A stretch of 64,000 nt of DNA from Spirochaetia bacterium (lineage in GTDB: Bacteria > Spirochaetota > Spirochaetia > UBA9216): NCBI GenBank assembly GCA_963677925.2, contig CAXXYH010000001.1, positions 96,001 through 160,000 on the forward strand, in the 5' to 3' direction. Under the pieces are notes generated by a model. It saw only the letters and a list, made by a program, of their open reading frames with translations. It did no database searches and was not told the DNA's origin. Shown here piece by piece: positions 46,967 through 56,798 of this stretch (position 1 is its first letter; the number at the start of each line of letters is the position of its first letter). The position numbers and the translations under genes are program-made.

Positions 46967-48370
46967 TTAAAAAACGGAAGCCCCCAGGCCTGTACTTGTT
47001 GAACCGATATTTAGGCTGTATGGATAATTTAGCTCTATAAAGTCCGGATCTGATGAGTTTGAACCGGACTCTCTTCCGCTGTCCTGCTGTAATTTTGATA
47101 ATTCATAAGCGGTATATTTGGTGGATGTATCCAGACTTGAATTATCCCAGATAACCGCAAGATAATCCCAGTCACTATCTTCAACCGGAAACAGACAGTT
47201 TGATTCTGAATAAAATTCCGCTGAATTGAAAGTAGCCTCATCAAGAAAAAATACAACATTGCCGCCGTAGAAAATATTATATCGGAATATTATCTGATTA
47301 AGAGCAGCCAGATTTCCGAACTCGGCTACATGACTGCCGTTAATATCAGGCCTCTGCTTCCCCCAGCCGCTTCCGGGATTTATGCTTGTATTATACTCAA
47401 AAATAATATTATCCATTGTTGAAGATGATTCCTGGTTCCAGAACTCAAAAGATGCAAGCGCACAGTTTTCCAGTATGTTATTACGGTAAGTTAAATTCTT
47501 CTGTACTACAGAACTTGAATGATTTTGATTAGTCAGCGCTGTGTCGTATATGTCATGTATATAACAGTTTTCAACTGTATTATTTACAGCTTCACCCCAG
47601 AACTCTATTCCGTTGCCGTATCTGACGGGCTCTCCGTCTTTTTCATAGAGGTATCCTCCGCCTATAAATGATAATTCACAGTCGTAAATCCGGATATTAC
47701 TGGTATTTCCTCCGCCGAAACCATGTGCTGCGCCATAACGAAAATGAAGATTTGAAAATTCAGCAAATGATGTGTTTGAAAAATCTACTATGTGTGAGCT
47801 TATTGCAGCTTCTATAGATGTATGGTTTTCAGCTGGATTTACAGATGATTTTAAATAAAGTTTTTTCCAGAATCTGTCAAAATAGAAATCATCATCTGCA
47901 GCAAGGTCTCCTTTAGACCATTTTCTAATACCGCAGGATTCGTCTTCGAAAATAATATTACCTACTTCGGTTGTGAACTTGAAATCGGCCTTCCAGAGAT
48001 TGCTTCCCGTGTTTATCCATAAAGCGGAAGAAGAGAGATCAACAGAATTTTGAATAACCGCATATTCATCACCGCCATAGCTGCTGTATGTCACATTTGA
48101 GGCCGAATCTCCGCTTGACGGAAAAATTGAACCTCTGAAAGTTAATCCTGATTTGAAAAGTATTTCTGAGCCCGGAGCAAATATACAGCTGTTTATTTTA
48201 GCCAGTGATTTAAATGCATAGTCTTCACTTAGGCCGCTGTTATCATCATTTCCTGTTTCTGAATCAACGTAATATATTCCAGCCGGCATGTATGTCATCG
48301 GTATTGAACAGGAAATAAAAAAAAGTATTATAAATGAAAAAATTACAAGCTTATCAGAAGTTCTTTTCAT
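46967..48370 (-). CDS. Lipoprotein with right-handed parallel beta-helix (pectin-lyase-like)
   Basis: Lipobox FIS|C; YYVDS..GNDDNSG..AFKSL..PG..ILFKSG; GNGIEFWG; Asn-rich beta-helix rungs. Confidence 0.8.
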   Translation of the reverse strand: MKRTSDKLVIFSFIILFFISCSIPMTYMPAGIYYVDSETGNDDNSGLSEDYAFKSLAKINSCIFAPGSEILFKSGLTFRGSIFPSSGDSASNVTYSSYGGDEYAVIQNSVDLSSSALWINTGSNLWKADFKFTTEVGNIIFEDESCGIRKWSKGDLAADDDFYFDRFWKKLYLKSSVNPAENHTSIEAAISSHIVDFSNTSFAEFSNLHFRYGAAHGFGGGNTSNIRIYDCELSFIGGGYLYEKDGEPVRYGNGIEFWGEAVNNTVENCYIHDIYDTALTNQNHSSSVVQKNLTYRNNILENCALASFEFWNQESSSTMDNIIFEYNTSINPGSGWGKQRPDINGSHVAEFGNLAALNQIIFRYNIFYGGNVVFFLDEATFNSAEFYSESNCLFPVEDSDWDYLAVIWDNSSLDTSTKYTAYELSKLQQDSGRESGSNSSDPDFIELNYPYSLNIGSTSTGLGASVF

Positions 48371-48478
48371 AGGTTAATTGTATACGTAACTTTATTATTT
48401 TTCTAATTTGTATTATAGAAAATGGTTGATAATTAATTTAATTGATATATTAGAACTGTGTATATAAGGATTTAAAAA

Positions 48479-49999
48479 ATGAAATTAAGTATAAGATATC
48501 CTGCTGTTATTGCAATTACAGCCTTATTAACTTTCTCATGCTGCCTGTTCGATCTGTTTGATGATTTCAATGCCGATGACTACGAGTTTACCGAACCGGC
48601 TGTTACGGGAAATACATGGTATGTGGATCCGGTAAATGGTTCTATCGACGGCGATGGAAGCTCTTTAAATCCATGGCTTACAATGCAGCAGATTCTTGAA
48701 GATGATCTTATACAGTTTTACTCGCACGAGGAAAGTTATAATTCAAACTCCGACTGGGTTTTAAATAATCCTGATGCCCCGGTAAAAGGCGGCGATACGA
48801 TCATCCTTCGCTCCGGTTATCATGGACATCTTGATATAAATGCATTTATGTTTGAAGACTGGCTTGTAATAAAGGCTGCTGATGGTGCTGAACCTGTTTT
48901 CTCCCAGATTAAGCTGACAGGTGCTTTCTGTAAAATATACTTTAAAAATCTAACTGTACTTAAAGAAAGTTTCACTCAAAACGGCGGAACATCATACTGG
49001 GAAGCAGATGAGATAACTCATAATACAAGTTCCGGGGTGTATCTTGGTTCCAATGATTTCTGGGGCAAAGGGAGTGATGTAAAGCTCTACGGGCTGAAAG
49101 TTATGACGGCTGAAGATATAACATCCTGGACAGCCGAAGACTGGGTTGAGAAAGCTGCCGGCGGTATCAGTCTGAGATCGGTAAGCAATATAGAAATTAA
49201 CAGCTGCAGTATTCAGAATATCTCAATGGGGATAACCATAGAGTATTTTTCTGAAAATATTTATGCGCTGAATAATACGGTTAAAAATTTCAGCGGAGAC
49301 GGTGCCAGAATAATCAGCAATAATGTGTATTTCGGGTACAACACCATTACAGACTGCTTCAAGGTTGATGATAATCACGATGACGGTATTCAGAGTTACT
49401 CACGCGGTGATGATAATACGGTCGGTGAAGGTGTAATTGAAAATGTTGTGATACGCGGCAATATAATTATTGCGTCGACAGACAGTTCTAATCCGCTTGG
49501 AGGTAATCCGCAGGGAATCGGCTGTTTTGACGGCTTTTTTAGAAACTGGGTCGTTGAGAATAACCTTGTTGTATCAAGCACATACCATGGAATCTCTCTG
49601 TACGGGCTTATTGACGGAAAAATATTCAATAATACAGTAGTTGACCAGAATCCTGATGATGATCCTGCTCCCTGGATAATGGTCACTGACCATAAAGACG
49701 GACGCTCAAGCAGAAACTATGAGGTTAAAAATAATCTTGTTTCAGCATCAGTCAGCTGTTCCGGAGATTTTGTTACCGAGGCGGGTAATTTCATAATTGG
49801 GAATGATAACTATTCAGATATAGATGATATTTTCACAAATCCGGCAGAATATGACTTCAGCCTATTGGATAGCACATATAATCAAACGAACATAATTGAC
49901 AAGGGTATTAATACAGATGAATATTCATCCCAGTATGATATCGCTGATAATGCAAGGAGAGGAAACCCTGATATAGGGGCATATGAATTTAATTACTGA
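48479..49999 (+). CDS. Lipoprotein with right-handed beta-helix and C-terminal DIGAYE module
   Basis: Lipobox TFS|C; WYVDP..G..GDGS..NPW; GGDTIILRSG; HDDGIQ; PDIGAYEF. Confidence 0.8.
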   Translation: MKLSIRYPAVIAITALLTFSCCLFDLFDDFNADDYEFTEPAVTGNTWYVDPVNGSIDGDGSSLNPWLTMQQILEDDLIQFYSHEESYNSNSDWVLNNPDAPVKGGDTIILRSGYHGHLDINAFMFEDWLVIKAADGAEPVFSQIKLTGAFCKIYFKNLTVLKESFTQNGGTSYWEADEITHNTSSGVYLGSNDFWGKGSDVKLYGLKVMTAEDITSWTAEDWVEKAAGGISLRSVSNIEINSCSIQNISMGITIEYFSENIYALNNTVKNFSGDGARIISNNVYFGYNTITDCFKVDDNHDDGIQSYSRGDDNTVGEGVIENVVIRGNIIIASTDSSNPLGGNPQGIGCFDGFFRNWVVENNLVVSSTYHGISLYGLIDGKIFNNTVVDQNPDDDPAPWIMVTDHKDGRSSRNYEVKNNLVSASVSCSGDFVTEAGNFIIGNDNYSDIDDIFTNPAEYDFSLLDSTYNQTNIIDKGINTDEYSSQYDIADNARRGNPDIGAYEFNY

Positions 50000-52446
50000 T
50001 GAGTGTACTCTTCAACGTCTTCATATCCCACAAGCGTATTGGCGTGATTAGTTCCGCTGGGCTGATAATTATCAGCATCCCAGACATCATCATCGCTTAA
50101 ATTGCTGTATTGATATGCATCAATACTGATTGAGGCAAGTATTCCCTGGTCAAGAAGAGTCTGAAGCAGACGAATGTCATCGTCATCTGCAACTCTAAGA
50201 TAATAAAGAGTTCCATACTCAGTATTTGTTTTCAGATATTCTGATCTTGCAAGCTGACCTTCCCTCCATGCTGTCTCTGAGGGCCATGAAGTGTGGTCCG
50301 AAGTGCTGTAAGGCATGGTTGCCCATGATGAGCAGCCGTTTTTATCAAGCACCATCATCCCTGTTACATAACTTGAACCTGCATCTACACCTCCGTTTAT
50401 CTGATGATAGAGATAATCAGGAGAATATATCCAGTCAAGTTTACTAAGAGGAGAATATCCGTTTGATGAAGCAGAGGCAACATCCCTGTCGTTATCAAGC
50501 GCCTGCTGAAATGTTTTAATATAATATGCAAGCGACCACGCTACACATGAACCTTCCGAACTCTGCGAACCGATTGGCGGAAAGTATTTTGTCTCAGACC
50601 AGTCAATAGATGATAATCCGGCTCCGTCAGTGAAAAGGGCTGCTGCATCCGCTGAAATCAGTTTTGAATCAAGAATATAAGTGGAACTCTCAATAGCATC
50701 CCATTCACCCTCATCAAAAGGCCGCAGTCCGGTGCCGAATCCTCCAACTTTTAAATTATAATTATTTCCCTTCTCTGCGATTCCCAAATCAGACTTCAAT
50801 TCAGAAAGTTCACTTGAAGTAAGTTTTCTGGCGGCTCCAAGACTGCTGATTAAAGCTCGGCTTCCGGAAGAAGTTGCAACAACCGTCCCGCCGGAGAACC
50901 CTGATGTGGAGAGTACAACAGAAACAGTCTCCCCGTCTGTAAAACTCAGCGGTAAACTGCCGGCAGATACAGTTTTTACAGGGGCTGGATTTTCAAAGTC
51001 ATAGTCTGAATATTCCTCAAGTATAAAGCTGTCAAGAGTACCGCCGGAATAACTGTCACCGGCTTCATCTATAATCCTTATGAAAAAATCATTGCTGCCG
51101 AAATATTCTGAAAACTCAGATACATCAAATACCATTTCATTATCAGGGAACGGTATTTCACCACCGGGACAGCTGCCAAAGGATGAGCTGTAATTTGTAT
51201 TGTAGAAGTCTTCTTCACTGTTGAATGATTTCCAGACAGTTGGATTTTCAGGATCTCCTATCCCGAAATACACTTTGCATGAGTTTCTGGCATCATGAGA
51301 GATTTTGAAAACAGCAAGATGAGTCGGGGAATAATCTTCCAGATCCGCATATATAAATGCATAAACATTCTGAGCTTTCATTGCATCATAGGTTATGCGG
51401 TAAAACCCGTCCGCTACATTTTCCCAGGAACTTCCGATTCCCCAGGAGTTGGCTACCTTAAAGTATCCGTAAAACGCATCGGTAATTGTATAATCTGCAG
51501 ATCTGATTCCGGAATCAGTATAGCCATCCTTAATTCCAATAGCCTTGATTGTTATTGAGGTCCCCACTCCGCTCACATGTATCGGTTCTGAATAAATTTC
51601 TGACGATACATCAGGTGTGCTCCCGTCAGTGGTATAATGAATTGCGGCACCCTCTGTTGTACAGCTGATAGTTACATCAGTATCCTCATAATAATTCCCG
51701 CCGGCTGGAGTAAAGACAGGTGTGTAGACATAATTCTGAGGTTTTGAGTTTACATAGAATATGCTTTCTTCAGACCATTCTGATGTATCGTCATTAACCG
51801 ATGTACAAACCTTCCAGTACCAGTATTCAGCATCAGGAACCTGATCGCGGATAGTATAGTAGTATTCCGAGTCAACAGTAGTGATATCAATAAAATCGGT
51901 TTCGCTTCCGTCATATCCGACAACAAGCTGATAAGAATCTGCATCGGCAGCATCTGTCCAGTCAAAGTACCATTGCCCCTCCAATACCGTGCCGTCAGAT
52001 GTAATTTCCATTACAGCATTATTTTCCGGACTCAGCGTTTCAGGCGTATCGGGAATTCCCGGTGAGTCAGGAGTATCGTCGTCATGCAGGTTTATTATAT
52101 ATGAGGCAGAATTTGTATCAGAATCGAGCATCCCTTCTTTTACAGCATATGCGCGCACAGTTAAAGATGTCCCGTCACTGGTGAGTTCAATTTCAGAATC
52201 ATATTGCGTTGATTCCGTATCGGGATCGCTTCCGTCGGTTGTATAATAAATTACAGCATCTTCAGTTACCGTAGAAATACTTATGCTTATTTTCGAATTA
52301 TATGTGCCGGTTGACTTGGAGAATGAAGGAGTCTCAACCTGTTCCCGGTTCATCAGGAAATCAAAGATATTGTTTTCACATCCGGAAAGAACTGCAGTGA
52401 AAGGCAGCAGAGAGAGCACTAATAATCCTGTATTGAACTTTTTCAT
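49993..52446 (-). CDS. Lipoprotein: FN3-associated/chitobiase-C domains plus papain-like (C1) peptidase with permuted motif order
   Basis: Lipobox LSG|C; two TP-F..IxYTTDGS-P domains; Q..GSCVAW, NHANTLVGY, and an upstream ANSWG; ATG 52446 with AGGA RBS. Confidence 0.85.
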   Translation of the reverse strand: MKKFNTGLLVLSLLPFTAVLSGCENNIFDFLMNREQVETPSFSKSTGTYNSKISISISTVTEDAVIYYTTDGSDPDTESTQYDSEIELTSDGTSLTVRAYAVKEGMLDSDTNSASYIINLHDDDTPDSPGIPDTPETLSPENNAVMEITSDGTVLEGQWYFDWTDAADADSYQLVVGYDGSETDFIDITTVDSEYYYTIRDQVPDAEYWYWKVCTSVNDDTSEWSEESIFYVNSKPQNYVYTPVFTPAGGNYYEDTDVTISCTTEGAAIHYTTDGSTPDVSSEIYSEPIHVSGVGTSITIKAIGIKDGYTDSGIRSADYTITDAFYGYFKVANSWGIGSSWENVADGFYRITYDAMKAQNVYAFIYADLEDYSPTHLAVFKISHDARNSCKVYFGIGDPENPTVWKSFNSEEDFYNTNYSSSFGSCPGGEIPFPDNEMVFDVSEFSEYFGSNDFFIRIIDEAGDSYSGGTLDSFILEEYSDYDFENPAPVKTVSAGSLPLSFTDGETVSVVLSTSGFSGGTVVATSSGSRALISSLGAARKLTSSELSELKSDLGIAEKGNNYNLKVGGFGTGLRPFDEGEWDAIESSTYILDSKLISADAAALFTDGAGLSSIDWSETKYFPPIGSQSSEGSCVAWSLAYYIKTFQQALDNDRDVASASSNGYSPLSKLDWIYSPDYLYHQINGGVDAGSSYVTGMMVLDKNGCSSWATMPYSTSDHTSWPSETAWREGQLARSEYLKTNTEYGTLYYLRVADDDDIRLLQTLLDQGILASISIDAYQYSNLSDDDVWDADNYQPSGTNHANTLVGYEDVEEYTHQ

Positions 52447-52490
52447 ATAAGTAATCCTGTGCATAACTTTATTGCAGATAATTCCAGCTG

Positions 52491-53846
52491 TCAATAATCG
52501 CACCAGATTTCAAGTCCAAGCGATAAGCGGTGCTGCAATTTAACATACAAATCTCCTAGCGGCAGCCACTGCAGACCGTAATTAATAGATATGCCGTACC
52601 TGCTGTTCTGCTTAAACAATCCGGAAGACGGGAATAGAGCGATCGGTTTAGTTCTTATTCCGGCTTCAGGCTGGAGAACCATTCCCGAATTGTAATCTAT
52701 GAAATCCTCCAGATCCCAGTATTTTTCAAGTCTGTATCCCGCTCCTACTCCCGTATAGACTTCAAAGGGTGAAGAAAAGAAACCCGGAGTATAGGCAATT
52801 TGAACTCCGGCCGATAACTGCATCAGCCTTACCTGCCGCTCAGTACTATAGAAATCTCCCAGTGCGTCTGCATAAGAAAAATCAGCAAAAGGTGAAATTT
52901 GAAAACTGCTGGATGTCGCAAGAGGAAAAAGCATCTTAATCTCTTTTTCATATGAAATAAGATCAAGCATATAATCAATAATAAAATCAGGCTTTGTGTA
53001 GGAATATACTTTGTCATTATTTCCGGTATTCAGAGTGAGGCTGATGTAACCGTTAGCAAAACCGCTTAAAGGATATATTAACGTCTCATATGCAAGCATT
53101 CCTGCTGCCAGTTTGAAGCCGGTGTAAAAACCGTTTTCAAGTTCGAGAGAATTATCAATGGTTGAACCGGGAAAATCAGCTGATATCATGGAATATCCGG
53201 TAAAGATGCTGAACAGGTCATCTGCAGATCCATTCAATTTTATAAGGGCAGCAGCGTTTAAAAAGACGCCGGAGGGGACAGAATATTCAAATGATGTCTG
53301 AAATGCCGGGATTAATTCTGCCTCAGTAAATATCGGAAAAGCTTTCTGCCACGAGAGATTAAGGCATGCAGTAAAATCAGCTGACATGATTTGGGAATTT
53401 CTGCCCTCATCATAAATCATATCAACTTCCTTGATTCCAAAGAACCTATGAACAAAATTCTGCAGAGCCTGGCCTCCAATATTTCCTGTCAGCCTTGCAC
53501 CGGCAACAGGAAAAACTATCAGATCTCCATAAATATCAGAAAAATTGAAAATATAACCGATATCCAGAAGCAGCTCATCTGATCTTGAATTCTGTTCTCT
53601 ATCTGTATAACCGTAATACTCAAATGAAGCTGAATACCCTTTATCAAAGACCGACGCCATCCCGAATCCGTAACTTCTGAAATCGTCCCTATCCAGTACA
53701 AACTCGCCTCCGAAACAGTCATTACTGGTCATTATGGTTGTAATCCCTTTCTCAGACTCAAAGGGTTCTGCCGACAGCAAAAATAAATTTAAAAAAAGAA
53801 AGAGTGCAAGGGATAAAATGAAATATAACTTCTTAAAACTATACAT
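52491..53846 (-). CDS. Exported hypothetical protein, probable outer-membrane beta-barrel
   Basis: Signal peptide; alternating aromatic/Gly beta-strands; N-terminal ND..DD..SYG reminiscent of LpxR-like barrels; ends LSLGLEIWCDY. Confidence 0.5.
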   Translation of the reverse strand: MYSFKKLYFILSLALFLFLNLFLLSAEPFESEKGITTIMTSNDCFGGEFVLDRDDFRSYGFGMASVFDKGYSASFEYYGYTDREQNSRSDELLLDIGYIFNFSDIYGDLIVFPVAGARLTGNIGGQALQNFVHRFFGIKEVDMIYDEGRNSQIMSADFTACLNLSWQKAFPIFTEAELIPAFQTSFEYSVPSGVFLNAAALIKLNGSADDLFSIFTGYSMISADFPGSTIDNSLELENGFYTGFKLAAGMLAYETLIYPLSGFANGYISLTLNTGNNDKVYSYTKPDFIIDYMLDLISYEKEIKMLFPLATSSSFQISPFADFSYADALGDFYSTERQVRLMQLSAGVQIAYTPGFFSSPFEVYTGVGAGYRLEKYWDLEDFIDYNSGMVLQPEAGIRTKPIALFPSSGLFKQNSRYGISINYGLQWLPLGDLYVKLQHRLSLGLEIWCDY

Positions 53847-53886
53847 ATTTATTGACACTGTATCACATTTTCTTCAAAACACTTTA

Positions 53887-53915
53887 TTGACACATCAGTT
53901 TATTACGATTAGATT
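53887..53915 (+). promoter_or_regulatory. sigma70 promoter TTGACA-17-TAGATT for the thiamine operon
   Basis: Perfect -35 with 17-bp spacing just upstream of the riboswitch. Confidence 0.7.
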
Positions 53916-53920
53916 ATAAC

Positions 53921-54010
53921 TGTCGTGGGGTGGCTGCGGTTCTAAACCGTTTGTCCTGAGATTATACCCGTTGAACCTGATCCGGATAATGCCGGCGAAG
54001 GGAGCGAGAC
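53921..54010 (+). promoter_or_regulatory. TPP riboswitch
   Basis: GGGGTG..CTGAGA..ATACCCG.TGAACCTGATCCGGATAATGCCGGCGAAGGGA matches the THI-box; upstream of thiamine ABC genes. Confidence 0.95.
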
Positions 54011-54052
54011 ATTTTCTACCCACACATCATAAATTCTACTCTGGAGGTTTTC

Positions 54053-55120
54053 ATGAAGAAAACGGTTTTCACTAAGAAAACAAAAGTTTCAGCTTTATTG
54101 ATGTTGGCGGCACTATGTATATCAGTTGTATCCTGTGCAAAAAATGACGACAATTCAGCTGCCGAAAAGTCTTTAGATGACAACACACTTGTCATCTACA
54201 CCTATGATTCATTCGCATCAGACTGGGGTCCGGCGGCTCAGGTAATTCCGCCTTTTGAAGAGAAGTATGGTATTAAAGTTGACCTGCGGGCTGCGGGAGA
54301 TGCAGGTGCTGTATTAAGCAGGATTATTCTTGAAAAAGAATCCCCGAAAGCTGATATAATGATCGGTCTTGATAATAATATGCTTGCAAAGGCTCTGGAA
54401 TCGGACGTATTTGAAGCTTATAAGCCTGAAAATGCCTCAAAAATTCCCGAACATCTTGTCTTTGACGAGTCATGGCATGCAGTTCCATTTGATTACGGGT
54501 ATTTTTCTATTAACTATGACTCCACCAGACTGTTCAATCTGCCGGCATCACTTGAAGATCTTACAAAGGAAGAGTATGCGGATTCTCTTATTCTGATGGA
54601 CCCAAGGACTTCAAGCCCCGGATTGGGTTTTATGCTCTGGACAGTTGCTGTTTATGGAGATGATTTTACTGAATACTGGAAGAGGCTCGGGCCGTCAGTC
54701 CTGACCATAACCGACGGATGGGATACCGGTTACGGTATGTATACAACTGGTGAGGCTCCTATGGTATTAAGCTATAATACAAGCCCTCCGGTTCATGTAG
54801 AATATGATGAAACTGATAAGTACCGTGCGTTGATCTTCGACGAAGGTAATTACATGCAGATTGAAGCAATGGCCATCGTCAAAAATGCTCAGCATAGAAA
54901 GGCTGCTGAAAAATTTATCGAGTATATGCTTACCGATGATTTTCAGAATGCAATTCCGCTTACAAATTTCATGCTTCCTGTCAATCCTGATACTAAACTA
55001 CCTGATTCCTACCAGTATGCACCGGATGCAAGTAAGACTCTGCTTCTTTCAACAAGTGAAATAGAAAGCAACCTCGATAACTGGCTCGAACATTGGCTTG
55101 AGGTAACATCAAAATATTAG
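54053..55120 (+). CDS. thiB: Thiamine ABC transporter substrate-binding lipoprotein
   Basis: Lipobox; YTYDSF..WGP, GLDNN, FDYGY, DPRTSSPGLG, VLSYNTSP; TPP riboswitch upstream. Confidence 0.92.
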   Translation: MKKTVFTKKTKVSALLMLAALCISVVSCAKNDDNSAAEKSLDDNTLVIYTYDSFASDWGPAAQVIPPFEEKYGIKVDLRAAGDAGAVLSRIILEKESPKADIMIGLDNNMLAKALESDVFEAYKPENASKIPEHLVFDESWHAVPFDYGYFSINYDSTRLFNLPASLEDLTKEEYADSLILMDPRTSSPGLGFMLWTVAVYGDDFTEYWKRLGPSVLTITDGWDTGYGMYTTGEAPMVLSYNTSPPVHVEYDETDKYRALIFDEGNYMQIEAMAIVKNAQHRKAAEKFIEYMLTDDFQNAIPLTNFMLPVNPDTKLPDSYQYAPDASKTLLLSTSEIESNLDNWLEHWLEVTSKY

Positions 55121-55127
55121 GTTTTAA

Positions 55128-56798
55128 ATGAATAATTCAGTTACTGCCGGACAATTTAAGTCCGGCAGTTTCAACACTAATTATCTGTATCTCATTTTTC
55201 CTTCAGCAGTTTTACTGCTTTTTTTTCTGATACCGGTAATTTCGGTATTTAAGGGTACATCTCCTGCTGCATTGCTGTCTGTTTTTACGGACAGTTACTA
55301 CCTGCATATAATAACTTTTACTGTATTTCAGGCTCTGCTGAGCGCTTTTTTTTCAATATTAGCCGGTCTTCCAGGTGCCTGGATAATGGCTGCAATTGAT
55401 TTCAAAGGCAAGAAGTTAATTAGAAGTCTTACAACAATTCCCTTTGTGCTGCCTTCAATTCTGGTGGTGCTGGGATTTGTTCTTACCTTTGGAAACAGCG
55501 GCTATTTAAACCGTTTTGTTATGGCAGTAACCGGGACTTCCCAACCGCCGTTAAAAATCCTTTATTCATTCAAGGCTATAATTCTGGCGCATGTCTTTTA
55601 TAATTTTCCGGTTTCATTGAGGCTTATATCTTCTGCCTGGTCGCAGATTCCTGAAAACCGGTATGAGGCGGCAAAAAGCCTTTCTGCAGGTAAAATCAGA
55701 ATATTCAGAACTGTAACACTGCCTTCGCTTATTCCGGCAGTACTTGCATCTTTTTCGCTAATATTTATTTTCTGTTTTATGAGCTTTGCAGTTATTCTGG
55801 TTCTCGGAGGAGGTCCAGCACTTTCAACTATTGAAGTTGAAATATACAGGCTTGCCCGAATTAATCTTGATATAAATGCTGCAGCTGCTCTGGCAGGAGC
55901 AGGAGCAGTTTTAACAACTGTATTTACAGCAGCTTATATTTTTCTACAGAAAAATTCTTCGGGTAACTCAATGGATTCAGGAGCCGGTATTAAAAAAATC
56001 CGGTTTTCCAGCCTGTCATCACCCGCTCGACTTCTTGCAATGGTTTATATACTTTTTATTATTCTGATAATTGCAGGTCCTTTAACCGCTGTTGTTGTAC
56101 GTTCATTCCAGACTCAGACCGGATGGGGTGGGAAAATATCCTACACCCTCAGATGGTATAAACAGATTATGACGCCTGGTATTACGCTTAAGGCAATTAA
56201 GAATACATTATTATTCGGTGCCGGGTCTCTGCTTATTTCTCTTCCAGCCGGACTATCAGCAGCCTGGGTCGGTGCAAAAAGCCGGGGTAATACTGGAAGA
56301 ATAATTGAAATTATTTTTATGCTTCCTATCGGAATATCTACAGTAGTACTGGGGCTCGGTTATTTCAGATTAATTTCTGTTCTGCCCGAGAGTTTTATAA
56401 AATCAGGAATTCTGATTATCTTTGCACATTCGGTAATTGGTCTGCCGTTTATTGTTCGAAGCCTCACTGCTTCTTTCCAAAAGATTAATCCGTCGATGAT
56501 TGATGCCGCTCGCTCTTTGGGGGCGGATACTGCAAGAGTTTTTTTTGACATCGAACTTCCTCTTGTGATCTCAAATGTAATAAGCGCGGCAGCCTTTGGA
56601 TTCTGTATTTCCGCAGGTGAGATTAACTCTGCAATTATTCTTTCTGACGGCGGGGTTCTTACAATTCCCATTGCCATATACCGATTGATCTCAAGCTATA
56701 ATTTTTTCGGGGCCTGTGCGATGGGTACTATTTTAATGCTTATCTGTGTTATTTCACTGTATATTATAGAAAAAACCGGTAATGAGGAGCTCTTTTGA
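55128..56798 (+). CDS. thiP: Thiamine ABC transporter permease
   Basis: Two permease domains with EAA motifs (YEAAKSL, DAARSLGA); AHVFYNFP. Confidence 0.88.
   Translation: MNNSVTAGQFKSGSFNTNYLYLIFPSAVLLLFFLIPVISVFKGTSPAALLSVFTDSYYLHIITFTVFQALLSAFFSILAGLPGAWIMAAIDFKGKKLIRSLTTIPFVLPSILVVLGFVLTFGNSGYLNRFVMAVTGTSQPPLKILYSFKAIILAHVFYNFPVSLRLISSAWSQIPENRYEAAKSLSAGKIRIFRTVTLPSLIPAVLASFSLIFIFCFMSFAVILVLGGGPALSTIEVEIYRLARINLDINAAAALAGAGAVLTTVFTAAYIFLQKNSSGNSMDSGAGIKKIRFSSLSSPARLLAMVYILFIILIIAGPLTAVVVRSFQTQTGWGGKISYTLRWYKQIMTPGITLKAIKNTLLFGAGSLLISLPAGLSAAWVGAKSRGNTGRIIEIIFMLPIGISTVVLGLGYFRLISVLPESFIKSGILIIFAHSVIGLPFIVRSLTASFQKINPSMIDAARSLGADTARVFFDIELPLVISNVISAAAFGFCISAGEINSAIILSDGGVLTIPIAIYRLISSYNFFGACAMGTILMLICVISLYIIEKTGNEELF

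Noticed and set aside
19900-47000. Integrative element inserted at the tmRNA 3' end
   Set aside because: No integrase in the window, I saw no duplicated ssrA 3' end (attR), and ssrA is followed by its terminator and ldhA.
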